From: a bacterium
Lineage (GTDB): Bacteria; Muiribacteriota; UBA6191
DNA length: 39,961 bases
Direction of reading: 5' to 3'
NCBI GenBank assembly: GCA_036339875.1
Contig: JAYZAC010000143.1
Span: 1 to 39,961, forward strand
In this document: positions 6,716 through 16,876 of the stretch, piece after piece
Position numbering within the stretch: position 1 is the stretch's first letter
Layout of the letters: each line of letters begins with the position of its first letter
Translations under genes and position numbers: made by a program
The notes under the pieces: generated by a model
Told to the model about the DNA's origin: nothing
Seen by the model: only the letters and a program-made list of their open reading frames with translations
The model's database searches: none

Positions 6716-9430
6716 TTACTGTGGTCTAAAGGTTTTTTGGTCAATCACATGCGGCCAAGCCTCCTCAAGGGTTATTTGACCTGTGTGTATAAGATCCTTT
6801 AATGTTTGATCTAGAGATATCATTCCATCTTTTTTCGATGTTTCAATCATTGTAGGTAATTGTTCAGTTTTACCATCTCGAATTATATTTTTTACTGCGG
6901 GGGTATTGATCATTATTTCGCAAGCGGGGATTCGTCCTCCGCCCGTTTTTCTTCGCAATAAGCGTTGCGAAACTATGGCTTTGAGATTAAAAGCAATTTG
7001 TTTACGTATATGCTCTTGATGTTCTGCTGAGAAGAAGTCCATTAGTTGCTCTACTGCAGAGGTACAAGTTGGGGCATGCAAGGTTGTAAGCACGAGGTGC
7101 CCTGTTCCAGCGAGGGTGATTGCAGTTTCCACACTTTCTTCATCTCGCAATTCGCCAATCAAAATTACATCTGGGTCCTCACGTAAGGTTGCTCTGATTC
7201 CACTTGGAAACGAGCTTACGTCTCTCAATACTTCTCTTTGCGAAATATAAGACAGTTTGGAAGTATGTAGATATTCGACTGGATCTTCAATACAAATAAT
7301 ATGCTTATGAGCTAAAACGTTAATATAATTAATCATCGAGGCGAGAGTGCTAGATTTGCCTGATCCGGTGGGCCCAGTCAGAATAACCAGCCCATTTTCC
7401 AAGGTGCTAATTCTCTGCATGACTGAGGTAGGTAATCTTAAACTTTCAAAAGTAGGGACTTTGTCAGATATAAACCGGCCAGCTAATTCGTAGCCAACTA
7501 GAGTTTTATAAATATTTATTCTTAAGCGTGTTCCAACTTCCGTTTGATAGGACGTGTCAACTTGAAAGTTTCTCTCTAATCTATCAAGATGCTTATCTTT
7601 CAAGATTTGTTTTGCAAAGATAACAACATGCTCATTGTTGATTTCCGATTCACGCATGCTTGATAATTTTCCGTTAACACGAATTATTGGCGGATGTCCA
7701 ACTTTTAAGTGAATGTCCGACGCTTCAAGGTTGAACGCCTGTTCAAGTAGAGTATTTAAATCAACTGGATAATGTTCAGAGTCGCTTGTATCCGGTAACG
7801 ATGTTATATCAGTTTGATAATTGGAAGCATTTTGTGCTGCCACAGTATTTTGTTGGTCTATGCCCACATTAATTGCCCTGGAGCTTCCGGTTTGTGATGC
7901 GTTTTCGTTGATTGATTGTTCTATTTTAAATAGCACAGGATTTTTTTTTCGTAACTGCTGGCAGAGTATGTTTTGATCAGCTAACTTGAGATTTCGTAAA
8001 TACAGTTGAGGCGAGTCAAACCCTTGAGTAATCTGATCTATGAATGCTTCAGCACCAATCAACTCCATTCGTTCTAAGGTTTTCAATGACCAGAAAAGGA
8101 TATTTTGATTTTGAGAGCAGCTTCCGATTAGAAGATACACAATCGGATACTGGCTGCATTCGACAAACAGTTCACTGGCTCTTTGTCTCACTTCCCAGCG
8201 ATCATTATCGAATGCTTCAATAAAAATCTCACAACATTCTTCGGTATTAATTTGAGATATTGTTTCCAAGGCAAGTAAGCGTAATTCTTTATCTTCAGAA
8301 TGAAGTAGTGTGGATATGCTGCTTAGAGTAGTAGGTTCAGCTATGGCTCCCAAACTATTTAATGCCCAGTATACAAGATCTTTTTCAGTAGACTTTAAGG
8401 TTTCGAGTAGAGGGCTAATGGCGTAGGTTTGTAATTGACTTAACTTTTCCATAGCAACTTTTCTAATGGCATAGCGTTCGTCTATAAATCGTCGGATAAG
8501 AATTCTTGCAGTTTCCTGAGACTTGAAGCTTCCCAAATGAATTACGGCTAAATAGCGAGATTGAGCATCGCTAGATTCGAATAACTCTGATAAATCCGAA
8601 ACCACCTCATGTCCGTAGCAATTTGCTGCGACCCTAAGCATGGTTTCAAGAGCTAAACCGTCCAATTTGCTTTTAAGCAGTTTGATAACATCATTTTTAT
8701 GGTTAATAGCAACTTTACACAATGAGCGAAAAACTTGTTCACGTATCAGAAAAGAATCAGTTTTCAGGAAATTTAAGAGACTTTTAATGACTCTAGGATC
8801 ATCAATCTCGCCTAGATTTGATACTGCATACAATGATATTTTCTCATCGTCGGGTACTTCTTTAATAAATTTGGAAAAATATTTTACTGCACTGCTTCCC
8901 AATATTTTGGCAAGGATCTTAAACGTCCAAAATCTTTGATGATCGTTACCATTAATAAATTTATTTTCTATAAAAGGCACGACCTTTTCACTCATAGTAA
9001 TAAGATTTCGAGAGGCTCTTTCGCGAATTTCCCAGTTATCGTTTGCCAATAATTGATATAGAAAAGATGTAAATTCTTCTCGTTCTAGATTAGGATTATT
9101 ATCCAGAACCATCTTACGAATATGATGATTTCCAGATTGAAATAAATTTTCAATAAGTTTTACTGAAATGCCAGATTGCTCTCTAATGATGGTTGTTAGC
9201 CAATAGCAAAGCGTCTGTTTCCGCTCTTGATCTGACTCTGCAGATATTTGATTTAATAGAAATTCGTGAGCTTCAACGCCGCCGTCAGAGAATATTTGGC
9301 TGGCTGATTTACGTATATTCCAGTCCTCATGGAACAGATATAAGATGAGTTGCTTCATTCCCTCAGAGGAGTCTTCTTGAATATTTGTTCTGATTTCGTC
9401 GAGCATTTGATCAAGAAATTGTTGGCACAT
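6716..9430 (-). CDS. HEAT-repeat / PilT-PilU family type IV pilus ATPase fusion
   Basis: aa ~555-904: ASDIHL, Walker A GPTGSGKSST, Asp box IEDPVEY, Walker B DPDVILIGELRD, His box TGHLVLTTLH, AVKNIIRDGK (AIRNLIRE-like). aa ~30-460 are HEAT repeats. Confidence 0.9.
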   Translation of the reverse strand: MCQQFLDQMLDEIRTNIQEDSSEGMKQLILYLFHEDWNIRKSASQIFSDGGVEAHEFLLNQISAESDQERKQTLCYWLTTIIREQSGISVKLIENLFQSGNHHIRKMVLDNNPNLEREEFTSFLYQLLANDNWEIRERASRNLITMSEKVVPFIENKFINGNDHQRFWTFKILAKILGSSAVKYFSKFIKEVPDDEKISLYAVSNLGEIDDPRVIKSLLNFLKTDSFLIREQVFRSLCKVAINHKNDVIKLLKSKLDGLALETMLRVAANCYGHEVVSDLSELFESSDAQSRYLAVIHLGSFKSQETARILIRRFIDERYAIRKVAMEKLSQLQTYAISPLLETLKSTEKDLVYWALNSLGAIAEPTTLSSISTLLHSEDKELRLLALETISQINTEECCEIFIEAFDNDRWEVRQRASELFVECSQYPIVYLLIGSCSQNQNILFWSLKTLERMELIGAEAFIDQITQGFDSPQLYLRNLKLADQNILCQQLRKKNPVLFKIEQSINENASQTGSSRAINVGIDQQNTVAAQNASNYQTDITSLPDTSDSEHYPVDLNTLLEQAFNLEASDIHLKVGHPPIIRVNGKLSSMRESEINNEHVVIFAKQILKDKHLDRLERNFQVDTSYQTEVGTRLRINIYKTLVGYELAGRFISDKVPTFESLRLPTSVMQRISTLENGLVILTGPTGSGKSSTLASMINYINVLAHKHIICIEDPVEYLHTSKLSYISQREVLRDVSSFPSGIRATLREDPDVILIGELRDEESVETAITLAGTGHLVLTTLHAPTCTSAVEQLMDFFSAEHQEHIRKQIAFNLKAIVSQRLLRRKTGGGRIPACEIMINTPAVKNIIRDGKTEQLPTMIETSKKDGMISLDQTLKDLIHTGQITLEEAWPHVIDQKTFRPQ

Positions 9431-9589
9431 CTATTCCGCCTTTACTTTCGAACTGTTAAGCTAACCCTTACACATACTGGAGTAGAAAGCATTTTACCTT
9501 TAATTAGATTTGGAATCCAATTCACTGGCATTGTCGAATGCTTGCCTGTAACATACGGCCTTTCAAAAACCTGTAGTAAAGTAGAGTAA

Positions 9590-10432
9590 ATGTCACAGAA
9601 CGAACTCATTAGAGTAGGCATGATTGATTTTTTAAATGGTGCTGTCCCAGATTATCAATTGAATTTAAATGGATGTGAAAAGATTTATGGAATGCCCTCA
9701 GACTTAAATAGCAAATTAAGAAGAGGTGAATTAGATGTTTCTCCGGTGAGCTCAATGGAATACATTCTTAACCATATGAAGTATAGAATTCTTCCTGGTT
9801 TGTGTATACGAGCGGATCGACGGGCGGCAACAGTTGGTGTTTTTAGTTCTTTACCCCCTCAAGAATGGCATCGAAAAAAACTTTATTTATCTGGTGCTTC
9901 GTTAACCTCGATATATTTACTAAAACTGTTATGTAAGGCTTATTATAAAATCCAACCCGTATTTATTCAGCAGTCACTAGATAATGTGATTCATGAAAAC
10001 CTTTCTGATGCTCTTAAGTACAATGATGCCATGCTTATCATTGGAGATAGAGCTTATGAGGAACAGAAAACGATGAGTTCAGATATCACTTACTATGATT
10101 TGGCTGAAGCTTGGAGAGCTTGGACAGGATTACCTTTCATTTTTGCACTATGGCTTGTACGAAGTGAAATAGTAGATTTACGTCGGTCATGTATTGCGGA
10201 AATCCATAAAGCTTTTCTCAGATCGATTAGCTTAGGTCTTAAGAATCTTGATGATATTTGTGACCAATTATCATACAAATGGTCTCGTAAACAGATTATG
10301 GAATATTTTCAAATCAATTTAGCTTATGATTTACATGAGGATGGCATTCGTGGACTAACAGCTTTTATTCACGAACTTTACTGTCATAATTTAATTCCAC
10401 AAAAAGTTTCCTTACGGTTCTTTGAATCCTAG
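9590..10432 (+). CDS. mqnA: Chorismate dehydratase MqnA (futalosine menaquinone pathway)
   Basis: RVGxIxFLN, PSDLNxxLxxGELDVSPVSSMEY, SLTS, LIIGDRA, DLAEAW..WTGLPFIFALW. Confidence 0.85.
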   Translation: MSQNELIRVGMIDFLNGAVPDYQLNLNGCEKIYGMPSDLNSKLRRGELDVSPVSSMEYILNHMKYRILPGLCIRADRRAATVGVFSSLPPQEWHRKKLYLSGASLTSIYLLKLLCKAYYKIQPVFIQQSLDNVIHENLSDALKYNDAMLIIGDRAYEEQKTMSSDITYYDLAEAWRAWTGLPFIFALWLVRSEIVDLRRSCIAEIHKAFLRSISLGLKNLDDICDQLSYKWSRKQIMEYFQINLAYDLHEDGIRGLTAFIHELYCHNLIPQKVSLRFFES

Positions 10433-13144
10433 ACCCGAAGGGTTTTGTTGATTGGACTTGTTTTCTAAACACCGATTGAGTGCTGCTATTAAATCTTGCG
10501 CAGAGCATGGTTTATGCAGAAATTCCTTGACCCCAAAAGATCTGAAAATTTGGATATAATCTTCTGTAAGTTTACCACTGAGTACTATAAATTTTGGTTG
10601 ATCTCGAGTAAATTTTTTAATAATAGATTCGCAAAGTTTAACTCCGTCTAAGGGTGGCATTTGCACGTCAGTAATGATTACATCAGGTGGACGATTCGCT
10701 TTAGTTATAGCTAACATAGCTTCATTTCCATTATTGTAATTCTTGATATTTTGATAACCAGCTGATTGTAGAATTGTGGTGATTAACTGTGCAATTGCTT
10801 TTTCGTCATCTACGATGTAAATGATCGAGTTCAAAGAATGAATTGCAGTTTTCTCATTTTGAGGCGATTTAGTCGTTTGTTTATGGGCTTCACGAATTGG
10901 GATATAAATTGAGATCTTTGTACCAATACTTAGAATTTTTTGTTCATTATTTTGATAATCACCCCGACTCAAATCCCCGCGCGTTGCAGTGTGAACTTCT
11001 ATTCGACCCTCATGAGACTTTACCACTGAAAAGACCATCGCGAGACCAAGTCCCGTACCCTTTCTGTAATCGCGATTTTTCGTAGTGAAAAAAGGATCGA
11101 AAATGCGAGGCAAAATGTTCTTATCAATACCTGTACCCGTATCCAATACATTAATCACAATATGATTATCAGTTTGTTTGACGATAATACTAAATCGCAT
11201 CTGAAAATCAGATTCTGTGTTCTGTGAGATCTCTTCTTCCATAGCATGCATACTATTAGCTGTAAGGTTTATTAATGCATCGCGAAGCTGACCTCTATCT
11301 AAGAGACATTTCGGTATAGTACCTAAAATTTGTACATTAACATCAATGCCTCTTGTTTCTAGTTGATGCTTCATGATTCCCATTGCATCATCGATTACTT
11401 CTTCTATGTTCGTTGGTTCGGTTTTAGATACATTGGATCTGCCTAATGTAAGTAATCGATTTGTAAGATCACTAGCTTTTCCCACGTATTTACTGATATT
11501 TTTTAGATTAAATAATATTTCATCAACCGGTTCGTTTTTCTTAAGTAAGACACTGGCAACCTCCGAGCTGAGGCCGATTGCAGCTAAAATATTATTGAAA
11601 TCATGAGCAATGCCAGCAGCTAAAGTTCCAAGTCCAGCAAACCTTTCCGCCCTAATTAAATCCTTCTGAGCATTTGCTAGTTTTTGTTCGGCAAAATGTT
11701 TATCTGTTATATCGCTTATTATTCCAATCGTGCCATTGAACTTTGGATTAGAGGAGATATCTTTTGTCCAATAGCCACTTGAATTAACCTCAGTGAAAAA
11801 AAAATTTGGATGATTATTGGGTAAATTGGGATAGAGGTCTGAAAAATTAACGTGTGGACCTGGAATTATTCTGACTTTAATTAATTTGGAACCTCTTTTA
11901 CCTGTACGTCTTTCATCAAATAGGCCGGGTGCGTTCTTATCTCCTGTGGTCTTACCAAGGTACTTTGGAAGTACAGCATCTCGCGACACACTATTAAAAT
12001 CATCGGTATGGACTATTTCCTTAAAGTGCTTACCGATTAAGTCCTCGCGCATGTAACCCCATTTGATAACTTCCTGGCTAATATATAAGAAGTTGCCGTT
12101 CTCGTCTAAGCGATAAAGCACTTCAGGTATGGTTTCTAGTAGTGACTTTAATTCAGTCTGTGTGGCCAGACTTTCATGCATAAACCTAAAAGTATTTAAG
12201 TGGCTTGATAGAGTACGCGAAATAGTTTGAATCTGTTGAATATCCAAGTCATTGAACTGTCTCGTGCTATTGAGCACCTGTAAAACACCAAAAACTTTAT
12301 TTCCCAAAAGTAAGGGTGTAACAAGAGCAGATTTAGTCAAAAAGCCCGTTACCTGGTCGATTGATCTTGAAAATTCATGTTTCTCGTAAGGCTGATTTGT
12401 AAAAAAGGTTCTTTTGGTTTTAAGGCAGGAACCAACTAAACCTTCATATTTTCTAACAATGATGGGTTCATGTAATCCTTCAGCATGGATTGATTGTAGT
12501 ATTTTTTTGGATTTGTCATAAGCGAAGAAGGTGCTGCGTTCTGCACAGAAATGTTTGCTGATGATAGGGCAGCTTAGGGCTATTAATTGTGCTGGGTTGC
12601 TGATTTCCGCACTATTTTGAAGGAGCTTATTAAGACTGAACCTAGTGTGCATTAAAGCTAAATCTTTCTGCTTTGACTGCAGTTGATAAGCGACGCTCAT
12701 ATATGTCATTATTCGTTCTAAAATAATGACATATTCCATATTAATTTCTGTACCACTAAAAAGAACAAATGCTATGACTTTCCGGCCCTTCATTAAAGGA
12801 AAGTAGTGTAAGATTTCTCCGGTATTACCTTGAGTTGTTGTTAAGCCAGACTGGATTCGTTGAGTGTCATTCCAGCTCATATACGTTTTAATTTTTATTA
12901 ATTTTTTAAGTATGTTTAGTTGGTCCCTTGGCTCAGTATCTAAACATAATTCGGGATTTCCGTAGATAGTTAAAAAAGAACGCTGACTGCGACTTACTAA
13001 CCCATAATGGTTAGAGTTTACCAATTTAGATATTTTCTTTAGTATTGCTGGGATATATTTAGCAGAGTCCTTTGAAGAGAGAAGGGACACTTGAATTTCT
13101 TTGCCCAGATCTTCAAGCTTGCTTAAGGTTGTTTTACTCATCAA
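10412..13144 (-). CDS. Hybrid sensor histidine kinase (GAF-PAS-HisKA-HATPase-REC)
   Basis: GAF (IDQVTGFLTKSALVTPL..GVLQVLN), PAS, H-box AGIAHDFNNIL, INLTANSMHAM, DTGTGI, FDPFFTTK, GTGLGL, receiver IVDDE..DVQMP..KP. Confidence 0.92.
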   Translation of the reverse strand: MMSKTTLSKLEDLGKEIQVSLLSSKDSAKYIPAILKKISKLVNSNHYGLVSRSQRSFLTIYGNPELCLDTEPRDQLNILKKLIKIKTYMSWNDTQRIQSGLTTTQGNTGEILHYFPLMKGRKVIAFVLFSGTEINMEYVIILERIMTYMSVAYQLQSKQKDLALMHTRFSLNKLLQNSAEISNPAQLIALSCPIISKHFCAERSTFFAYDKSKKILQSIHAEGLHEPIIVRKYEGLVGSCLKTKRTFFTNQPYEKHEFSRSIDQVTGFLTKSALVTPLLLGNKVFGVLQVLNSTRQFNDLDIQQIQTISRTLSSHLNTFRFMHESLATQTELKSLLETIPEVLYRLDENGNFLYISQEVIKWGYMREDLIGKHFKEIVHTDDFNSVSRDAVLPKYLGKTTGDKNAPGLFDERRTGKRGSKLIKVRIIPGPHVNFSDLYPNLPNNHPNFFFTEVNSSGYWTKDISSNPKFNGTIGIISDITDKHFAEQKLANAQKDLIRAERFAGLGTLAAGIAHDFNNILAAIGLSSEVASVLLKKNEPVDEILFNLKNISKYVGKASDLTNRLLTLGRSNVSKTEPTNIEEVIDDAMGIMKHQLETRGIDVNVQILGTIPKCLLDRGQLRDALINLTANSMHAMEEEISQNTESDFQMRFSIIVKQTDNHIVINVLDTGTGIDKNILPRIFDPFFTTKNRDYRKGTGLGLAMVFSVVKSHEGRIEVHTATRGDLSRGDYQNNEQKILSIGTKISIYIPIREAHKQTTKSPQNEKTAIHSLNSIIYIVDDEKAIAQLITTILQSAGYQNIKNYNNGNEAMLAITKANRPPDVIITDVQMPPLDGVKLCESIIKKFTRDQPKFIVLSGKLTEDYIQIFRSFGVKEFLHKPCSAQDLIAALNRCLENKSNQQNPSGLGFKEP

Positions 13145-13157
13145 AGTATATTGACTA

Positions 13158-14627
13158 CTAGCTATTGCCCGTATGGGATTCCTGTAAAAATCTCATTTCA
13201 AATGCGACCTTAAATGAGCGCCAAAGCTCTTCGAATGATTTCACCCTTCCTAGCGCTCTCAGAACATATGAGGGTCGGTAGTAAAATTCCATGTAGGCTT
13301 TGTGACATAACTCTTGGATTTCCTGGTCAGTCATATTACAGCCAGGCCTAGGTATCGCTATCTGAGATGTTGGATTTTTGATGTAGTCTTTCCAATAATC
13401 TTCCTTAAATTCTTGCAAATAAAGTGCATATAATTGAGTTGCAGGCATCGGTGTGACTTTCGAGAACTGAGCGTAGTCTAGATCTAGTGTTTTTGAAAAA
13501 TCGATAGTTTGTTGAGCAGTCTCTGGCGTCTCACCAGGAGAACCAACCATAAAATATCCAAAGGTATCGATCCCCACTTTTTTGGTGAGAGCTATTGTTT
13601 TACGCATACGGTCAAAATTGGTATCTTTTTTGAGTGTTTTGAGGATACATGCATTACCAGATTCAATACCGTAGTAGACTCTGTTACAACCCGCTCTGGC
13701 TAGCATTACGAGCATTTCTTCATTCATACAATCTACACGCGAGCGTACGGCCCAGTGGACTTTAAGGCCTGAATCTATTATTGCCTGACATACTTCCAGT
13801 ACTCTCTTCTTATTAATTGTGAAGCTGGAGTCGAACATGTCGAATTCACGAATTCCATATTTTTCGTAGCAGAGCTGGAGTTCTTCCAATACATTTTCAG
13901 CACTACGTCCTCTAAATTTAAGTTCCCCTTGTTCACAAAAAATACATTTGAAGGGACAACCTCTTGAGCTTACAAAGCAAGTAAAATTTTTATACTTGGT
14001 TATAAAGGAGAAATATTTGGAATTATCAACTAGATGTCTCGCTGGAAAATGAGCGTTATCAACATTTTGCAATTGTGGTGCCGGTCGTGTTCTTCGGTAG
14101 CGACCGTCACGCTTGAATATAATACCTGGTACTCCGCTGAAGCCATCTAGGTCCATGACATCGCATTCGAGAAACATTGGCAGTGATATTTCTATTTCAC
14201 CGATGAATCCAACATCAAAAACATCGTGACTCATACTTTCCTCGGCGTAGATACCCATGTGTACACCGCCCACTAATACCGGGCATGGATAGGCTTCTTT
14301 GAGGTTTCTTGCAAAGTCTAAATTTTCCTTAAATTGATATGTAGTGAGAGTGTATAAGATGTAGTCAGGCTGGAATTTACGCAGAGTTTCTATTGTTGTC
14401 TCTATTGGTTCCGGATTAGCATTTAGGTCGATGAACAAACAATCATGCCCAGCTCCTTCAGCTGTTCCCGCTACATATAGTAAACTAAGAGACGGGAAAA
14501 CCCCGTAATTTTCCTTCACAACTTTGAGCCCGGGTTCGTTGTCAATGACACCATAAGGGGGATAAATAAAGGCTAACTTTTTAGGATTCGAAGATCGGAA
14601 ATCCTTTATTTCGTTTTCCTTGAGCAC
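13158..14627 (-). CDS. Cobalamin-binding radical SAM protein (class B methyltransferase / BchE-like)
   Basis: CxxxCxxC in RGCPFKCIFC; B12-domain PSLSLLYVA and VGGVH; GIESGN, FMVGSPGET; GTG start with GAGGAG RBS. Confidence 0.9.
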   Translation of the reverse strand: MLKENEIKDFRSSNPKKLAFIYPPYGVIDNEPGLKVVKENYGVFPSLSLLYVAGTAEGAGHDCLFIDLNANPEPIETTIETLRKFQPDYILYTLTTYQFKENLDFARNLKEAYPCPVLVGGVHMGIYAEESMSHDVFDVGFIGEIEISLPMFLECDVMDLDGFSGVPGIIFKRDGRYRRTRPAPQLQNVDNAHFPARHLVDNSKYFSFITKYKNFTCFVSSRGCPFKCIFCEQGELKFRGRSAENVLEELQLCYEKYGIREFDMFDSSFTINKKRVLEVCQAIIDSGLKVHWAVRSRVDCMNEEMLVMLARAGCNRVYYGIESGNACILKTLKKDTNFDRMRKTIALTKKVGIDTFGYFMVGSPGETPETAQQTIDFSKTLDLDYAQFSKVTPMPATQLYALYLQEFKEDYWKDYIKNPTSQIAIPRPGCNMTDQEIQELCHKAYMEFYYRPSYVLRALGRVKSFEELWRSFKVAFEMRFLQESHTGNS

Positions 14628-14637
14628 GTTTCACTCC

Positions 14638-15537
14638 TCATTTCCGGCGTACTGAGCCCACCAAACCTGCGGAAAGTTTCATTGAAAATGCCCAGAAGCA
14701 AAGTACCGCTGCCAAGCAAAATAATCGTACTGACTTATGAGTTTTGAGTGCAGAGCCCGAAGCCACAAAAACCCAAATGAAACTATTCCATACAATCTCT
14801 ATTATAGAGCATTGATGCATTTGATGCGCTAAAATCTGACTTTTAGAGTGATTATAAATAAGCTTTGTTAGTGATAGTAGTGAATCTTGTCGCAGGTGAA
14901 ATACCTTGAAATCTGGTTCATATTGTATGTTATGACCCATATTTTTTAAGCGAAGCGAGTACTCAATATCTTCACCATAATTACCCATTTTTCTATCAAA
15001 TTCACCTACTTTTCTTAAAATTTCTCGCGAGGCGGCAAAAGCTATTCCAAAAAAATATGGTGCTTCCGGTATTCTTTGATAGCCTTGCGTTTGGATCCAA
15101 AAATATCTTCGGAATTTGTTTACTAAACCTGTTTCGGGACTTCGATATTCTGCTCCTGCTATTAAGCTTTTCCCGTCCCAATGTTGAACAATTGATGCAA
15201 ACGAGCCTTTAATCAATACTGCATCAGCATCCAAAAAAATTATAAAATCGCCTTTACATTCTCTCAATAAAACATTTCTAGCGTTTGCAAGACCTTGGTT
15301 TTTTTCTAATGTTATACATCGTGTAATAGGAGGTAGCTCTTGTTCGGGAAGAGGGGAACCATCAAGAAGTACTAATATCTCGCAAAGTTTCCAAGGATTT
15401 AATTCTTCTTTAAAATCTACTATGGCAGTTAAAACATTAGAAATACTTTCCGGTTTACAGTAGTAGGGGATCAATACAGAACAATTTTTGATTAAGTTCA
15501 TAGTTTTATTATATCTATCCCGACACCAGTCATACAT
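14638..15537 (-). CDS. Glycosyltransferase family 2
   Basis: SVLIP, LLDGS, NQGLANARN, DxD in FLDADA, GEDIEYSLRL; hydrophobic C-terminus. Confidence 0.88.
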   Translation of the reverse strand: MYDWCRDRYNKTMNLIKNCSVLIPYYCKPESISNVLTAIVDFKEELNPWKLCEILVLLDGSPLPEQELPPITRCITLEKNQGLANARNVLLRECKGDFIIFLDADAVLIKGSFASIVQHWDGKSLIAGAEYRSPETGLVNKFRRYFWIQTQGYQRIPEAPYFFGIAFAASREILRKVGEFDRKMGNYGEDIEYSLRLKNMGHNIQYEPDFKVFHLRQDSLLSLTKLIYNHSKSQILAHQMHQCSIIEIVWNSFIWVFVASGSALKTHKSVRLFCLAAVLCFWAFSMKLSAGLVGSVRRK

Positions 15538-15624
15538 TTAAGATCAAAAAAAAACAAAAAATGTCTTACAGTTTAGGGTTCTAAACGTTAAAAGTTGTTT
15601 GATTTGCACCGAAATCATTTTGTA

Positions 15625-16872
15625 ATGAAGCGTATATACTGTCTATTTTTATTCCTACTTCTATCAACCGCTAGGAGCGATGCGCTAATGATGAAAGGTA
15701 GCATCGAGGTGGTTAAGGGGCGTGCTTATGTTTATCGTAATGGGCGCGTAATTCAGGCAGCCGATGATATGACAATTTACACTGGTGATGTAGTAGAAAC
15801 TTCGCGACATGGATCGATTTTACTTCAAATGATGGACGTCGGAATCATCAAACTCAAGCCTTTAACACAAATAAAATTTCCAGAAAATGACACTGATCAA
15901 ATTCAGGTGTCACAGGTTAAGCTATTGTTTGGTGAGGTATGGGCAAAAATTCGCAAGATGAAAGCAGGTGAAAGTTTTGAGGTTTTCACTAAACATGCTG
16001 TGTCTCTTGTCAGTAATGCAATTTCTGTAGCGGCTTTTGATAAAAGGCGTAGCAAGTCAACATTCAGTATTATCGAGGGTGATGTAGAAGTTCATAAAGA
16101 TCAGAATCATTATTTTATGACTGCTGGAGAGAAAATCGTCTTGGATGGTCGTAAGAACTCAAAAGCTAGACATCGTAAAATAGATATTTATCGCTTAAAT
16201 CAAGATTGGAAAAAAGTAATTACCATTCGAGAAAAATTAGGACGTAAATTCAGAGAAAGTTTGCGTATGACTTCTAAATCGGGCAAGGATCAGGATTACG
16301 AAGCACCGTTGGTACATATTGTTAATCCAGTTGAAGGTGTACCAATTAAGAATCGCAGAGTCACTATTCGAGCAACTATATATGAAGAACATTTAGATAG
16401 GCTTATTCTGACGGTTAATAAGAAAGTAGTCCATGATGTCAATACTAGCTTGAAGTCTTTTGCCAAGGAGATATCGCTTCAGCCCGGTGAGAATATTGTA
16501 GAACTCAAGGCAATTGATCGTTTTGGTAATTTTGGAGTAGATGAGAAGGTATATAAGTTAAATGATATGCCGCCATCGATTAGTATATTTTTTCCTTTTG
16601 ATAACCTTGAACTCAACACAAGATTTGTTAGCCTCCAAGGCGTTGTTGATGATCCTGATGTTCGAGAAGTTAAAGTCTATCTAAATAATCGAATGATAGC
16701 TAGAGACAGAGCTGTACCCACTTTTCGAATTCCCATTATTTTAGATGTAGGTGAAAATTTGATAAGAGTAGAGGCCACAAATAAAGTCGGTTTAACGGGG
16801 AAAAATGAAATAACTGCGTATACGACTAAGCAATCGAATGTCGTTATTCAATTTAATCAATTTTTGAATTAA
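15625..16872 (+). CDS. Exported FecR-domain protein with two C-terminal Ig-like domains
   Basis: Signal peptide MKRIYCLFLFLLLSTARSDA; FecR pattern (GDVVET, LLFGEVW, FEVFT, IEGDVEV); Ig-like APLVHIVNP..LQPGENIVELKAIDRFGN and PPSISIFFP..GENLIRVEATN. Confidence 0.75.
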   Translation: MKRIYCLFLFLLLSTARSDALMMKGSIEVVKGRAYVYRNGRVIQAADDMTIYTGDVVETSRHGSILLQMMDVGIIKLKPLTQIKFPENDTDQIQVSQVKLLFGEVWAKIRKMKAGESFEVFTKHAVSLVSNAISVAAFDKRRSKSTFSIIEGDVEVHKDQNHYFMTAGEKIVLDGRKNSKARHRKIDIYRLNQDWKKVITIREKLGRKFRESLRMTSKSGKDQDYEAPLVHIVNPVEGVPIKNRRVTIRATIYEEHLDRLILTVNKKVVHDVNTSLKSFAKEISLQPGENIVELKAIDRFGNFGVDEKVYKLNDMPPSISIFFPFDNLELNTRFVSLQGVVDDPDVREVKVYLNNRMIARDRAVPTFRIPIILDVGENLIRVEATNKVGLTGKNEITAYTTKQSNVVIQFNQFLN

Positions 16873-16876
16873 TAGT

